DNA of 63,490 nt, filler included. It is 9 parts of 9 records of this genome, joined end to end, with 100 filler letters (N's around TTAATTAATTAA, not from the genome) between each part and the next. Parts side by side here need not be neighbours in the genome. Positions count along the whole stretch, not along the records: positions 37,877 to 43,731 come from SRR31147125_118009; positions 43,832 to 49,733 come from SRR31147125_118293; positions 49,834 to 57,600 come from SRR31147125_118619; 6 more parts are not named here. One strand, 5' to 3'. Each line of letters opens with the position of its first letter. Positions within the stretch are counted from its first letter, which is position 1. Below the pieces are notes generated by a model. The model was not told the DNA's origin, ran no database searches, and saw only the letters and a list, made by a program, of their open reading frames with translations. The translations under genes were made by a program, and so were the position numbers. Shown here in pieces: positions 39,223 through 49,894 of the stretch.

Positions 39223-39957
39223 ATGAAATTCAAACCGATTGTCAACCCGTCTCCGTCAGACCTTATTCTGGAGCAGATTCTAAAATTACTCAGGTCTGGG
39301 GAGTTGCAGCCTGGCGAACAGCTGCCGCCGGAGAATGTTTTGCAGAAGGCGTTCAGCGTTACCAAGCAGCAGCTCAAGTCTGCTTTCAAGCAGTTGGAGT
39401 TGTATGGGGTAATCGAGACCAGACCACAGGCAGGGACTTATGTCTCTAATATCTATAGCAAGATTCTGGTCGGGCTGGTTACTAATATTCTTGATATGAG
39501 TGAGAAGGCAGATTTTCTGGAACTGTATGAAGCGAGGAGTCTGCTTGAGGTTAGAGCTGCAGAACTCGCAGCAGAGTGCATGACCCGTAAGGAGTGGAAG
39601 CAGCTACATGAGATACATGAAGATATGATTGATGAGATTGAGCATGGTGGACGTGGTGGTGAGCTTGATATCTTTTTTCATATGGAGCTTATGCGGTTTA
39701 GCCGCAATAAAACCATGATCTCAATGTTCTCTCTCATTACCAAGACACTGGTCGATTTCTGGGTGGTTACTGACAACCTTGAAGCTTATGCAAGTCCGGA
39801 ACGGTATAACGATACCATTGTCGAGCATGGGCTGCTGCTGGATGCACTCAAAGAGAAGGATGCTAAAAAGAGTGGTAAGCTCATGAAAGTGCATCTTGAT
39901 AAAGCCCACCTTGGAAAAGGGAAGACTCTCCTAGAGCAGGGTGATGATACGGAATAA
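39223..39957 (+). CDS. GntR/FadR-family regulator
   Basis: LQPGEQLPPE wHTH, FCD domain (EARSLLE, DIFFH, EH). Confidence 0.9.
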   Translation: MKFKPIVNPSPSDLILEQILKLLRSGELQPGEQLPPENVLQKAFSVTKQQLKSAFKQLELYGVIETRPQAGTYVSNIYSKILVGLVTNILDMSEKADFLELYEARSLLEVRAAELAAECMTRKEWKQLHEIHEDMIDEIEHGGRGGELDIFFHMELMRFSRNKTMISMFSLITKTLVDFWVVTDNLEAYASPERYNDTIVEHGLLLDALKEKDAKKSGKLMKVHLDKAHLGKGKTLLEQGDDTE

Positions 39958-39986
39958 ATCTCTCAATAACTTTAAGAAAGTATTAT

Positions 39987-41009
39987 ATGAAAATTTTACA
40001 GATTACAGAGCCACTAAAGGCTGAACTATTAGAAAAAGATGATCCTGCGGTACTTGAGAATGATGAACTTCTGCTTGAGGTTAAGCGTGTGGGAGTATGC
40101 GGGTCTGACGTGCATATCTACTCCGGACATAATCCGTTTGCAATCTATCCGCGTATTATCGGGCATGAGCTTGCGGGTGTGGTAGAGGCTGTCGGTGAAG
40201 GAGTGACAAAGTTTAAGGCAGGGGATCACGTAGTGCTCAACCCTGCGACAAACTGTGGGGTTTGTGATGCTTGCGTTCGGGGGCATATCAATACTTGCAG
40301 TAAGCTTGAGGTTCTCGGGGTGCATCGGGATGGTGGATTCTGTTCTAAATGTGTAGCGAAAGAATCATGGGCATATAAGATTGCTGAAGATATGGACTGG
40401 GATACTGCAGCGTTGGTTGAGCCTTTCTCTATCGGGGCAAATGTGAATGCTCGGGTCGGTACTGTAGCGGGTGACAGAGTGTTGGTAATCGGTGCTGGAG
40501 TTATCGGGACTATTGCTATGATGGTTGCGAAGATGAAGGGGGCGACGGTTACTGTTGCTGATATTGTCGAAGGGAATCTGGCAAAAGCAAAAGAGCTTGG
40601 TGCAGATAATGTGATAAATACTAAAGATAAAGATCTCTTTGAAGAAGGTATGAATATTACCGACGGTGATGGCTTTACTGTGGTTATTGATGCTGCTTGT
40701 GTGCCGGCTATGTTTATGCAGCTCTTAGAGTGTGCTGCGATTGGCGGGCGAATCGGAGTGCTTGGATTCTCTAAAGATATGACAGAGATCAATCAGTTTG
40801 AGATTACCCGTAAAGAGTTGACTATCTGTGGTTCAAGGTTGAGTAATAAGCAGTTTGATAATGTTATTGAATGGTTTGAAAGTGGTGCGATAAAACCTCA
40901 GGGTGTTATCAATAAAGTATATCCTATCACTGAAGCTATCAGTGTTATTGAGCAGCAGTATGCTGGTAAATTAGGATTTGGTAAGAATATTATTTCATTT
41001 GATGAGTAA
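39987..41009 (+). CDS. Zn-dependent sugar-acid dehydrogenase (RspB/YjmD-like)
   Basis: CGSDVH, GHE, CxxCxxCx7C, GAGVIG, GSRL. Confidence 0.88.
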   Translation: MKILQITEPLKAELLEKDDPAVLENDELLLEVKRVGVCGSDVHIYSGHNPFAIYPRIIGHELAGVVEAVGEGVTKFKAGDHVVLNPATNCGVCDACVRGHINTCSKLEVLGVHRDGGFCSKCVAKESWAYKIAEDMDWDTAALVEPFSIGANVNARVGTVAGDRVLVIGAGVIGTIAMMVAKMKGATVTVADIVEGNLAKAKELGADNVINTKDKDLFEEGMNITDGDGFTVVIDAACVPAMFMQLLECAAIGGRIGVLGFSKDMTEINQFEITRKELTICGSRLSNKQFDNVIEWFESGAIKPQGVINKVYPITEAISVIEQQYAGKLGFGKNIISFDE

Positions 41010-41082
41010 TAATCGGGTCTGTTTTTTGCAAGTAGGACTCATTTCTGAGCTAAATAAAATTTCTGAATAACCGGGGTATATA

Positions 41083-42579
41083 ATGCAAGATGTAATTGTA
41101 GGGCTGGATGTTGGTAGCAGCAGTATCAAGGCTGTGGCGTATTCTACAGGTGGTGAAGTTGTGACAGAGGTGGAAATACCGCATTCGTTCTCTCTGCCGG
41201 AGCCGGGGTATGCTGAGCTTGACGCAGTGCAGTGTTGGAAAAATATCAAGAATGTTCTCAAGAATCTGGTTGCTTCTAATAAAGTAAATATTCTCAGTAT
41301 TGGCTTCTCTACAGCTTGTCCGACAAGTGTGTTTCTAGATAAAGATTTCAATCCGCTTCGTCCGGCGATTGCCTTCCTTGATAATAGGAGTGCTCCGCAG
41401 CTGGAGGCTTACAATAAAAAAGTTAGTGAAAATATTGCACCGTATTTTGAAGCGGTAGGTAACCGTTCTACTGGAGCTACCTGTAGTGTGGGGAACCTCC
41501 ATTGGGTGCGGGAGAATGAGCCGGAGATTGCTGCTGAGATTGCGCACTTCGGGCTTCTCAATAGCTTTCTGGTAGCCAAGCTTACCGGGCAGTTCAGGAT
41601 TGACTGGACTCAAGGCTGTTACCTTGGACTATTCAATGTTCGTGGAGAGATATGCTGGGATGATGAACTACTCGGTGTTGCTGAAGTTGATGAAAAGATT
41701 CTTCCAGAAATTGTTGCGCCGTTTGCTGTGGCTGGGCGTATTACAGAAGAAGTGAGCAGTGAGACAGGGATAGCAGCAGGTATTCCAGTAGCTGCAGGGG
41801 CTGGAGATATTCCGGCAGCGGCTTTTGCGCTGGGATTGAAGACTACTGATAAGATTTTTGAGAGCGCTGGAACTTCGGGCGTGTTGACCTTCTGTTCCTA
41901 TAAACCTGAGTTTATTTCAGTATTGCAGAATCGTCGTCATGTCATTCCTGGAGCATGGCTTCATCATGGAGGGAATTCGCTTTCAGGTGGGTCTGTTGGT
42001 TGGCTTCGTAAAGAGATATTTGAGGAATACGCTGATATCGGTAAGTTGGAGAGTGAGCTTGAGGGTGCTAGAGCTGGAGCGAATGGCGTAGTCTTTCTGC
42101 CGTATCTTCTTGGGGAGAGGTGTCCGTATTGGGATCCTAAAGCCAAGGGGATGTGGTACGGGTTGACTCTGCAGACAAAGAAGCTTGATCTGATTGAAGC
42201 GGTATATGAAGGCGGGGCGTACTCGCTAAGGAATATTTTGGAGAAGGCGGGGATTGATCTGAGTGATGGGAAGATGCAGTTCATCGGGACTGGAAATGCG
42301 ACCAAGAGTGCGCATTGGAATCAGCTCAAGGCAAATATCGTCAATGTAGAGTATGCTACCTGTGAATTTGCCAATGCATCAGCTTTCGGGGCGGCTCTAC
42401 TTGGTGGGATTTCAGCCGGTGTATATAAGAGTTATGACGACGAAGCAATTCCGTTTCTGCAGGCGACAGGGGCTGTGTATTCGCCGGAGAGTATGGAGAA
42501 GCGCAGTAAGTATGAGCAGAATTTTAAAAAGTTCAAGCAGCTTTATGAAGCAAATAAAGATATTATGCATGATGATTAA
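41083..42579 (+). CDS. FGGY-family carbohydrate kinase
   Basis: GLDVGSSSIK, GAGD, SAGTS, FLPYLLGERCP. Confidence 0.9.
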   Translation: MQDVIVGLDVGSSSIKAVAYSTGGEVVTEVEIPHSFSLPEPGYAELDAVQCWKNIKNVLKNLVASNKVNILSIGFSTACPTSVFLDKDFNPLRPAIAFLDNRSAPQLEAYNKKVSENIAPYFEAVGNRSTGATCSVGNLHWVRENEPEIAAEIAHFGLLNSFLVAKLTGQFRIDWTQGCYLGLFNVRGEICWDDELLGVAEVDEKILPEIVAPFAVAGRITEEVSSETGIAAGIPVAAGAGDIPAAAFALGLKTTDKIFESAGTSGVLTFCSYKPEFISVLQNRRHVIPGAWLHHGGNSLSGGSVGWLRKEIFEEYADIGKLESELEGARAGANGVVFLPYLLGERCPYWDPKAKGMWYGLTLQTKKLDLIEAVYEGGAYSLRNILEKAGIDLSDGKMQFIGTGNATKSAHWNQLKANIVNVEYATCEFANASAFGAALLGGISAGVYKSYDDEAIPFLQATGAVYSPESMEKRSKYEQNFKKFKQLYEANKDIMHDD

Positions 42580-42747
42580 TCGGAAGTATTGCGGTTGATT
42601 TGCGCATTTTGGTTGAGTGTGAGTAGTAATTGTCGGTAGACATTTTTATATTTTAATTGTTTAGTAATAGATAATACAGACGGTTGAGTCTATACGAATA
42701 ATTACTACTCTGTGTTTTTAAATATATGAAAAAAAGGGAATTTATTT

Positions 42748-43731
42748 ATGGAACTTAGTCTGAGTGGTATTGCAAACAAAGAACAGTGGCTGGTAAAGAA
42801 TTATAAAATGCCTGAGTTTGACATTGAGAAGGTGGTCGCGAATACTGCAAAGAATCCTAAGTGGCTTCATTTTGGGGCTGGTAATATTTTTAGAGTATTT
42901 CCTGCTGTGATGCAGCAGAAGTTGCTCAATGAAGGTAAGGCAGATACAGGCATTATCATGTGTGAGGCATTTGATGAGGAGATTATTGATAAATCTGCTG
43001 CTCCTTATGACAATCTAGCTATAGCTGTGACTTTGAAAAAAGATGGTGACTGCGAGAAAGAGGTGGTGGCGAGTGTTACGGAGAGTATCAAACCATCAGT
43101 TGATTATGCACGTCTTGAGGAAGTCTTCTGTGCGGAGTCGCTCCAGATGGTCAGTATGACTATTACTGAAAAAGGTTATGCGATCAAGGATAATGATGGT
43201 GTATATCTGCCTTGGATCAGTGATGGGATTGTTGATTTTGCTGCACCTCAGACAAGTATTATCGGGCTTCTTGCGAAACTCCTTTATGCTCGTTTTTCAA
43301 AAAATGCGGCGCCGATTACTCTTGTCAGTATGGACAACTGTAGTCACAACGGAACGTTACTCAAGGATGCGATTATAGAATTTGCTGACAGTTGGATTGC
43401 AACGGGTGCGTTGGGTGAGGAATTTGCCGAGTACTTGAATGATGAGGATAGAGTATATTTTACCTGGAGTATGATTGATAAGATTACTCCACGTCCTGCT
43501 GAAGCGATTGAAGAGATTCTGAAAGCTGACGGAGTCGAGAATGTCTCTCCTGTGCAGACTGCAAAAAATTCTTATGTTGCGCCGTTTGTCAATGCTGAAG
43601 AAGCACAGTATCTGGCTATAGAAGATAGGTTCACCAATGGTAGAGATCCACTTGAAGAGGCTGGAGTACTCTTTGCTGACCGTGAGACAATCGATAAGAT
43701 CGAGAAGATGAAGGTCTGTACCTGTCTCAAT
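42748..43731 (+). CDS. Mannitol dehydrogenase-family (fructuronate reductase-like), 3' partial
   Basis: WLHFGAGNIFR, TITEKGY, SMDN, MIDKITP, KMKVCTCLN. Confidence 0.88.
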
Positions 43732-43831
43732 NNNNNNNNNNNNNNNNNNNNNNNNNNNNNNNNNNNNNNNNNNNNTTAATTAATTAANNNNNNNNNNNNN
43801 NNNNNNNNNNNNNNNNNNNNNNNNNNNNNNN
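43732..43831. other. Artificial contig spacer
   Basis: 44 N + TTAATTAATTAA + 44 N. Confidence 0.97.
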
Positions 43832-43834
43832 ATT

Positions 43835-43870
43835 TTCAGCCGGCAGGGAAATCTTCTCCTGCCGGCTGAA
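43835..43870 (-). terminator. Stem-loop after the sialidase gene
   Basis: TTCAGCCGGCAGG-N10-CCTGCCGGCTGAA, perfect 13-bp arms. Confidence 0.7.
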
Positions 43871-43873
43871 TCC

Positions 43874-45103
43874 TTAAAGGCTGTCTTCTCCTTCGGTCAG
43901 CCAGTCCAGGGTGAACCGGGCATACCTCAGGGTTTCATAGTTGTCTGTTTCATACAAAAGACCGATCGTATCGTCTTTCTGGACAACCATGTCGGAGTAG
44001 GCGGAGAACCCGTCGTGAATCAGCCGGCTGTGTGCCCACTCAAGACCGCCGGCTTCATCGTAATCCGGATTGCCGTCCCCTTCATAACTGAGCCGGACCG
44101 TCATTTTTACCCTTGCCAGATCATGTGCCGGATTGGCAAAGAGTATCCGGTTTCTCCCGCCCGTCTCTTCAGATGTGAAGCGCAGGATGCTGGCCTGGCA
44201 TTTCTGATCGATCAGGGTGTCGTCGAACTGCAGGGTATCCCAGTTTCCGCCTTGGTCCGACGAGAGGGTGAACAGTCTGGCTTTGACACCTGCACTGTCA
44301 TTATCCCTCCGGGAGGTCATATAGACCGAACCGCTCTTCAGCTGAACCGCCATGCTCTCATTCAGGCCGTATCCGTCGACAGCGGAGTCGTAATTGCCGC
44401 CGTTGGTCCAGGATACACCGTAGTCATCCGAATAGAAGGGCCGGCCTTTTCCCTGAAAGAAGATCCGTCCGGAGGCCAGCTGGATGGCATGTCCCGGAGA
44501 GGCGGATCCCGAGATCCCCAGATCTCCCAGAACGATCTCCGGATTGGCTGCAGGATCGGAACTGGAGTCGCCGGTCCAGGTAACGCCGTTGTCATCACTG
44601 TAGATGAGGATCTGTTTCCGGGACAGGGGTTTTCCGTCCTCCCTGTCTCCCACGGTTTTGTGGAAGGCCAGCCAGACCCTTCCGTAGAAGGGCGACGAGG
44701 GATCTTCATCCACAACCGGATTGGGATCCATACACATATCGTTTGTGGAGTCCGGAACATCCACGTCGGCAAGGCGTTTTCCCGAATCCCAGGTCGCCCC
44801 GTTATCGGTGCTGCGCTTGAGGATGATGTCGTTGTTACCGCTGTCCTCGAACTGATGCCGGCCTTCGCAGAAAGCGAGGATGTCGCCGTTCACCGCCCGG
44901 ACGACCGCGGGAATCCGGAATGAAATGTATGATTTCGGAGGCAGGGTATCTCCTTCGGTTCCGATCGTTTCGCCGGACTGGAACAGGATCTGTTCTGTAA
45001 ATCCGGTAGTTCCCGTGCTGCCCGAATCCATGGAACATCCGGCTATCACAATCAGCAGCCCTGATGCCAGAAAGGGGAGTAATCGATGGAATGCTCTTTT
45101 CAT
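43874..45103 (-). CDS. GH33 sialidase-family lipoprotein
   Basis: IAGC lipobox, FRIP motif, four Asp-boxes (STDNGATW, SDDNGVTW, SDDYGVSW, SSDQGGNW), AYSD Tyr. Confidence 0.9.
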   Translation of the reverse strand: MKRAFHRLLPFLASGLLIVIAGCSMDSGSTGTTGFTEQILFQSGETIGTEGDTLPPKSYISFRIPAVVRAVNGDILAFCEGRHQFEDSGNNDIILKRSTDNGATWDSGKRLADVDVPDSTNDMCMDPNPVVDEDPSSPFYGRVWLAFHKTVGDREDGKPLSRKQILIYSDDNGVTWTGDSSSDPAANPEIVLGDLGISGSASPGHAIQLASGRIFFQGKGRPFYSDDYGVSWTNGGNYDSAVDGYGLNESMAVQLKSGSVYMTSRRDNDSAGVKARLFTLSSDQGGNWDTLQFDDTLIDQKCQASILRFTSEETGGRNRILFANPAHDLARVKMTVRLSYEGDGNPDYDEAGGLEWAHSRLIHDGFSAYSDMVVQKDDTIGLLYETDNYETLRYARFTLDWLTEGEDSL

Positions 45104-45104
45104 A

Positions 45105-45677
45105 TCAGATCCTTATGTCGGCTGCCTGAAAGAGGAAGCTTTCCGATGTGCCTTCATCCATGGACTGTACAGTCATTTCACCTTCTATGGTCATATAGAA
45201 ATTTCCATCCTCGGGATTGACTGCGATAGTGAGGCTCAGCTGGGAGCCTTCGGCTTTAATGGTGCATCCCTCATATGTGCCTGTAAGTTCGATTGTTCCC
45301 TCCAGGGTGGTCTGTCCGGTGTAGGTTGTTCCCAGTGCATACCAGAACAGATCGTTTGCCTCTCCCGAGGGAGTGGTGAGGGTGCCGGTGAAAACAAATT
45401 CGCCGTCGTCGCTGTAGTTCTCAAAATACATGGATACCGGACCGCCCATTCCGGTGGTGAACTGGACAAATCCGCTTTTATCTCCCGTTACCTGGTCTTT
45501 CATTGTTCCGTCCGCATTGGCAGCCTTTGTCAGCATGTCCGATACGGTTCCGGTGAATTCATCATAAAGATCCGAGTTGGTCAGGGAGGATGATCCGTCG
45601 GCACTGCAGCCGGCGAAAACTGAAACGAGCGCCGCCAGGGCGGCGAGAAACAAAAACTGTACTTTCATTCTTTTCAT
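45105..45677 (-). CDS. Hypothetical beta-rich lipoprotein
   Basis: AGGAG SD, VFAGC lipobox, stop 1 nt from the sialidase start. Confidence 0.75.
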   Translation of the reverse strand: MKRMKVQFLFLAALAALVSVFAGCSADGSSSLTNSDLYDEFTGTVSDMLTKAANADGTMKDQVTGDKSGFVQFTTGMGGPVSMYFENYSDDGEFVFTGTLTTPSGEANDLFWYALGTTYTGQTTLEGTIELTGTYEGCTIKAEGSQLSLTIAVNPEDGNFYMTIEGEMTVQSMDEGTSESFLFQAADIRI

Positions 45678-45755
45678 TTGAGAAACTCCTGTGATCCCTG
45701 TTCGGGATTGATAGTTCAGGTTAATGCCCTCCGGGAAAATCCGAATCACTGGTTT

Positions 45756-45805
45756 TACGTATAAATGCCGTTTTTTAGCGGAAATTTATACGTATACCTA
45801 CGTAT
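45756..45805. promoter_or_regulatory. Clustered TACGTA sites (candidate LuxR-type operator)
   Basis: TACGTA at 45756, 45789 and 45799 (TACGTA-N4-TACGTA), with a fourth at 45896. Confidence 0.55.
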
Positions 45806-45839
45806 TGCCCGCTGGTAATACCCGGTGTATGATCTTTTT

Positions 45840-47336
45840 ATGTGTACCCTTCTTCCCCCGAAGAGAGACATCTCCCGAGGACTCAAAACCTTTTTTACGT
45901 ATCTGCTGATACTGTTTTCCTGGTGGGTGTTTGCCGGATGTTCATTCTCCGGTGGATACGACACCCCTCTGGAGGACTGGAAATACCGCGAAGGATTCGA
46001 AACGGTCTGGCTTACTCATGACAACTCTTCCGGATGGATGACTCCCGCAGAGTTTAAATTTGATTCAGGCGACAGTGTTCAGGAGGAATCCCGGATTACT
46101 CTGAGATACAGGCTGCCGGACCGGTATGCCGCACAGCAGGCGGCGGGATCTGATCTTACTCTTTATCTGAAAGGTGTTACGGCAGAGAAAGTTGATATTT
46201 ATCTGAATAACAGATTGATCGCAACGGTAGAAGACATGGTTACTCCCTGGATCAACAGTCAGAAGACCATCATGGCAGGATTGCCCGCCGGATTATCAGG
46301 TATTGATACCCCGGTAGTCCTCTACCTGGTTTTAACCAGTCGGGCAGGCAGGCTGAATCAGCTCTCCGAGCCTCCGATTCTCGGAGAGACGGACATTGTT
46401 TACCGGAACTATTACGGGAGTGTTGTCATCGCCTTTATGATCATCGCCTTCTATCTGCTGGCCGGAATTTACCATCTCCTGCTCGGTATACGGTTCCCTG
46501 TGGACAGGTACAATATCTACTTCGGGGTATTTGCACTGATATTTGCCCTCTTCCAGACAACCAATGTTCCCGGGAAAGAGCTTCTCTGGCAGAATCATAT
46601 GGTTCTGATGGCTGCTATGGACCGTATCTCCCTCAAAATCGCTACGGCTTCTCTGGTTCTGTTCTTCTCTTCTCTTTTCCGCAGCAGAATTACTCTGCCT
46701 GCTCTTCTTGTTTCCTCTTTCAGCGGGATTCTTATTATTCAGGAGTTTCCGATTCTGTTCGGGAACTGGAGTTTTTTCATGATCAAGATCTGGTATCCCG
46801 CCGGGATCAGTGCTGTTCTGTATATAGCCTGGATCCTTTTCTCCGAGGTCCGGAAGAAGAATCTGAATGCCCTTATCCTTTCGGTCGGCAGTCTCTGCAT
46901 TGCCGCCGGTGTGATCCATGATATTTTGATAACCGAACGGATCATTGCCGGAAATCTGATCTCACAATATCTGATCCTGATTCTGTTTGCCGGAACCGCA
47001 CTGATGCTTATCAGTCATTTTATCGACGCCCGTAAAAGTGTGGAGAATACGAACAGGAATCTGGAATCAATAGTCCGTCGAAGAACCGATGAACTGCTTG
47101 CCGCTAACGAGAAGATTGCATCCATTACCAGAAGAAAGCTGTTTCTGGAGTCTTATGACCTGACGTTCCGGGAACAGGAGATCCTGCAGCTCATCCTGGA
47201 TGGTCTATCCACTACAGGGATGGCGGATAAGGCAAATATTTCTCCCCGGACCGTAGAAAAGCACATTCAGCACATCTATGAAAAATTGTCGGTTCATTCC
47301 CGAATGGAGATTCTGGCAATGTATAACAGGTTTTAG
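45840..47336 (+). CDS. Membrane one-component regulator: extracellular beta domain + 7TM-DISM-like region + LuxR HTH
   Basis: About seven TM helices (GIYHLLL..NIYFG.., GVIHDIL), coiled coil LESIVRRRTDEL, C-terminal LTFREQEIL...ISPRTVEKHIQHIYEKL. Start uncertain (45825 or 45840). Confidence 0.85.
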   Translation: MCTLLPPKRDISRGLKTFFTYLLILFSWWVFAGCSFSGGYDTPLEDWKYREGFETVWLTHDNSSGWMTPAEFKFDSGDSVQEESRITLRYRLPDRYAAQQAAGSDLTLYLKGVTAEKVDIYLNNRLIATVEDMVTPWINSQKTIMAGLPAGLSGIDTPVVLYLVLTSRAGRLNQLSEPPILGETDIVYRNYYGSVVIAFMIIAFYLLAGIYHLLLGIRFPVDRYNIYFGVFALIFALFQTTNVPGKELLWQNHMVLMAAMDRISLKIATASLVLFFSSLFRSRITLPALLVSSFSGILIIQEFPILFGNWSFFMIKIWYPAGISAVLYIAWILFSEVRKKNLNALILSVGSLCIAAGVIHDILITERIIAGNLISQYLILILFAGTALMLISHFIDARKSVENTNRNLESIVRRRTDELLAANEKIASITRRKLFLESYDLTFREQEILQLILDGLSTTGMADKANISPRTVEKHIQHIYEKLSVHSRMEILAMYNRF

Positions 47337-47589
47337 TTCTCCTCTGTATTCCTGTCTGAGAGGCGAAGACCGGAAAATTATAATATTCATTGAATAGATG
47401 CCGATATTCTGTTGTGTAGATTGCTTGACAGGATATTCTTTCGATAATAAATTCATGAATGTCGTGTTTTTCTGAAAAAATTGTATATACTATTGTTGCG
47501 TTCCCCCGGGGAAAATTCCCTCCGGAAGAGAATCTTTATGTTCTGATGGATCAGACATGACGGCAACTGCAGCGTAAAGGAGCATCATC

Positions 47590-47972
47590 GTGAAATCATT
47601 TTCCCGGGTTCTACTGATATTTATTGTAATAATCTCCCTGGCTTCCTGTGCCTCCATGGGCAAAAAAAGAGGCGAGGATAACGGACAGAACTATATTCCC
47701 GTAGCGGAAAAAAATGTGGTGGTCATCGGACCGGTCCGTCAGGAAATAAACGGCTACAGTGTTCTGGGATTTCCCCCCGGTCTGGATAAAACTTATGCCG
47801 TTTTCTCCTGGGGCGGGAATGCCTACGACAAACTGCTGGACCAGGCTATCAACATGGGCGCCCATGACGTGATTAATATGACGACTGATTTTGAAGATAT
47901 CTCACTCTTTTTCTTTTCAACCGCCGCCGTTTTGTTGTAAACGGGCTGGCTGTAAGGTATGTGGATGAATAA
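47590..47972 (+). CDS. Small lipoprotein (TRL-like), frameshifted near the 3' end
   Basis: LASC lipobox, GAHDVIN. One extra T at 47914-47917 gives ..FFNRRRFVVNGLAVRYVDE*, overlapping the next ATG. Confidence 0.65.
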
Positions 47973-49733
47973 ACGCCGACTCTCTTCTTTCGTACTGATC
48001 TTATCTCTTATCCTGGCATCCTGCGAGATGATCAAACCCCTGGATAACAAACTTCTCAAGGATCCGGATAATGTCTCAAAAGAACCCGAAACGGATCCCG
48101 AGGCCGTCACTCCCTGGGGCGCTCCTGAGGACCTGACGGCTCTGTCCGGCATGGCCGACAGGATCGATCTGCAGTGGAAGCCCGTTCAGGGCGCCGGTTA
48201 CTATCTGATCTCCTACACCCAGGATCCCTTCGGGGATTTTTCTACGCCCCTGGATGAAGTAGCCCAGAGTGCCGATATGACCAAACCGGTCACATGGCGG
48301 CTGACCGGGACGGAAGCCAATGCGCTGAAACCGGGAAGTGTTTATTACTTCCGGATCCGTGCCGTCAAAAGCGGCGGCGAGACGAGTCCCTTCAGCCCTG
48401 TTGCAACCGGAGGACTGATGGATATCCCCCGGATCGCCGAACCCTCCCTGCAGCCCGGCAATGTGACTCTTCGGTGGAGTCTGCCCAATCTGGGCATAGA
48501 CGGTGTGAGTTATACTCCTGTCTTTACGGTATTCCGGAAGAAGGGCGAGGAGGATTTTGCCGCGGTGTCCACTCCGGAAGGGATCACAGCCGACGGCGGT
48601 GCCTATTCATTTGTCCAGAAGGGAATCGATCCCAAGACCGCCTATACCTATAAAATCCATGTAGCCGTGGAGGGAAGCGACCAGTCTCTGGAGAGTTCCG
48701 CCTACGAAGTGGTGACCATGGATCAGTCCTATCCCAATCCCGTCACGGATTTTACGGCGACTCCGGGCTCTCTGGCAGAATCGGTGAGCCTGAGCTGGAC
48801 CGCTCCTGCAGAACTGGCCGGATATGAAGGAATCCCCGTCGTCTATACTCTCAGCCGGCAGACCGGCGGAGAGGCTTCCGAAGTTCTGAAGGAGAAAACA
48901 GCTGATCTGACCTCCTATTCCGATACGACGGCTCTTGTAAACAGAGAATACACCTATACCGTTACACCCTTCTATGTTCATGACCAGGACGGGACACCCG
49001 TCTATTCGACACCCGGGGAGGCCGTAACGGCTTCGGGATACAGACTCTGGGAACCGGCGGAACTGTCGGTGACAGCCGACGGGGGAGCCGCTCTTGCGGC
49101 CTGGACCTATCCGGCTGAAAAGGCACCCGGAGTAACCTTCCGGATCTACCGGGAGGAGGACCTGATCGACGGTACTTCGGAAATGATTGCCGAGGGGCTT
49201 ACCGAACCATCCTTCCGGGATGAAACCCTCTCTCCCCTGACGCCCTATCACTACCGGGTAGCCTCTGTCCGCAGCGGAGATCCCGAACAGGTCTCCGCCT
49301 GGCTGCGCACCGCCGAGCCCTTCCGGTTTACCCCCGGGGCGGACGATACGGTCCGGGAACTCACTGTTACGGAAGGGTTGGCCGACCGGATTACCCTGGA
49401 ATGGGCCGGTATGGAGGGTGTGACTTACAGTATCTTCCGGAATGAGACGGGATACGGTTACACAGGCGCTGATCTTATTGCCGGCGATCTTACGGTCAGT
49501 GAATCCGGCCGGGTCGTCTATCCGGATGAAGGACTGGATCCGGGAGCTATCCGATTCTACCGGATCGAGAGCACCATGGACGGACAGAAATTCATGACCG
49601 ACAGTGTCCGGGGATACACTCTGGCATTGCCCGGGGGGCTGACCGCTTCTCAGGGGCTTTACACAGACAAGATCGCACTCAACTGGAATGAAACGGAAGG
49701 CGCCACAGCCTACCGTCTGAAATACCGGAAAAA
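47965..49733 (+). CDS. Fibronectin type III repeat lipoprotein, 3' partial
   Basis: LASC lipobox, repeated I.L.W ... Y.Y.V/I Fn3 modules. Confidence 0.85.
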
Positions 49734-49833
49734 NNNNNNNNNNNNNNNNNNNNNNNNNNNNNNNNNNNNNNNNNNNNTTAATTAATTAANNNNNNNNNNN
49801 NNNNNNNNNNNNNNNNNNNNNNNNNNNNNNNNN
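49734..49833. other. Artificial contig spacer
   Basis: 44 N + TTAATTAATTAA + 44 N. Confidence 0.97.
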
Positions 49834-49894
49834 GGATTGCTGCAGCTCAGAACGGCGAGGCAGCCGATGGACCTGCAGGAGAGGGGAAGAAGCC

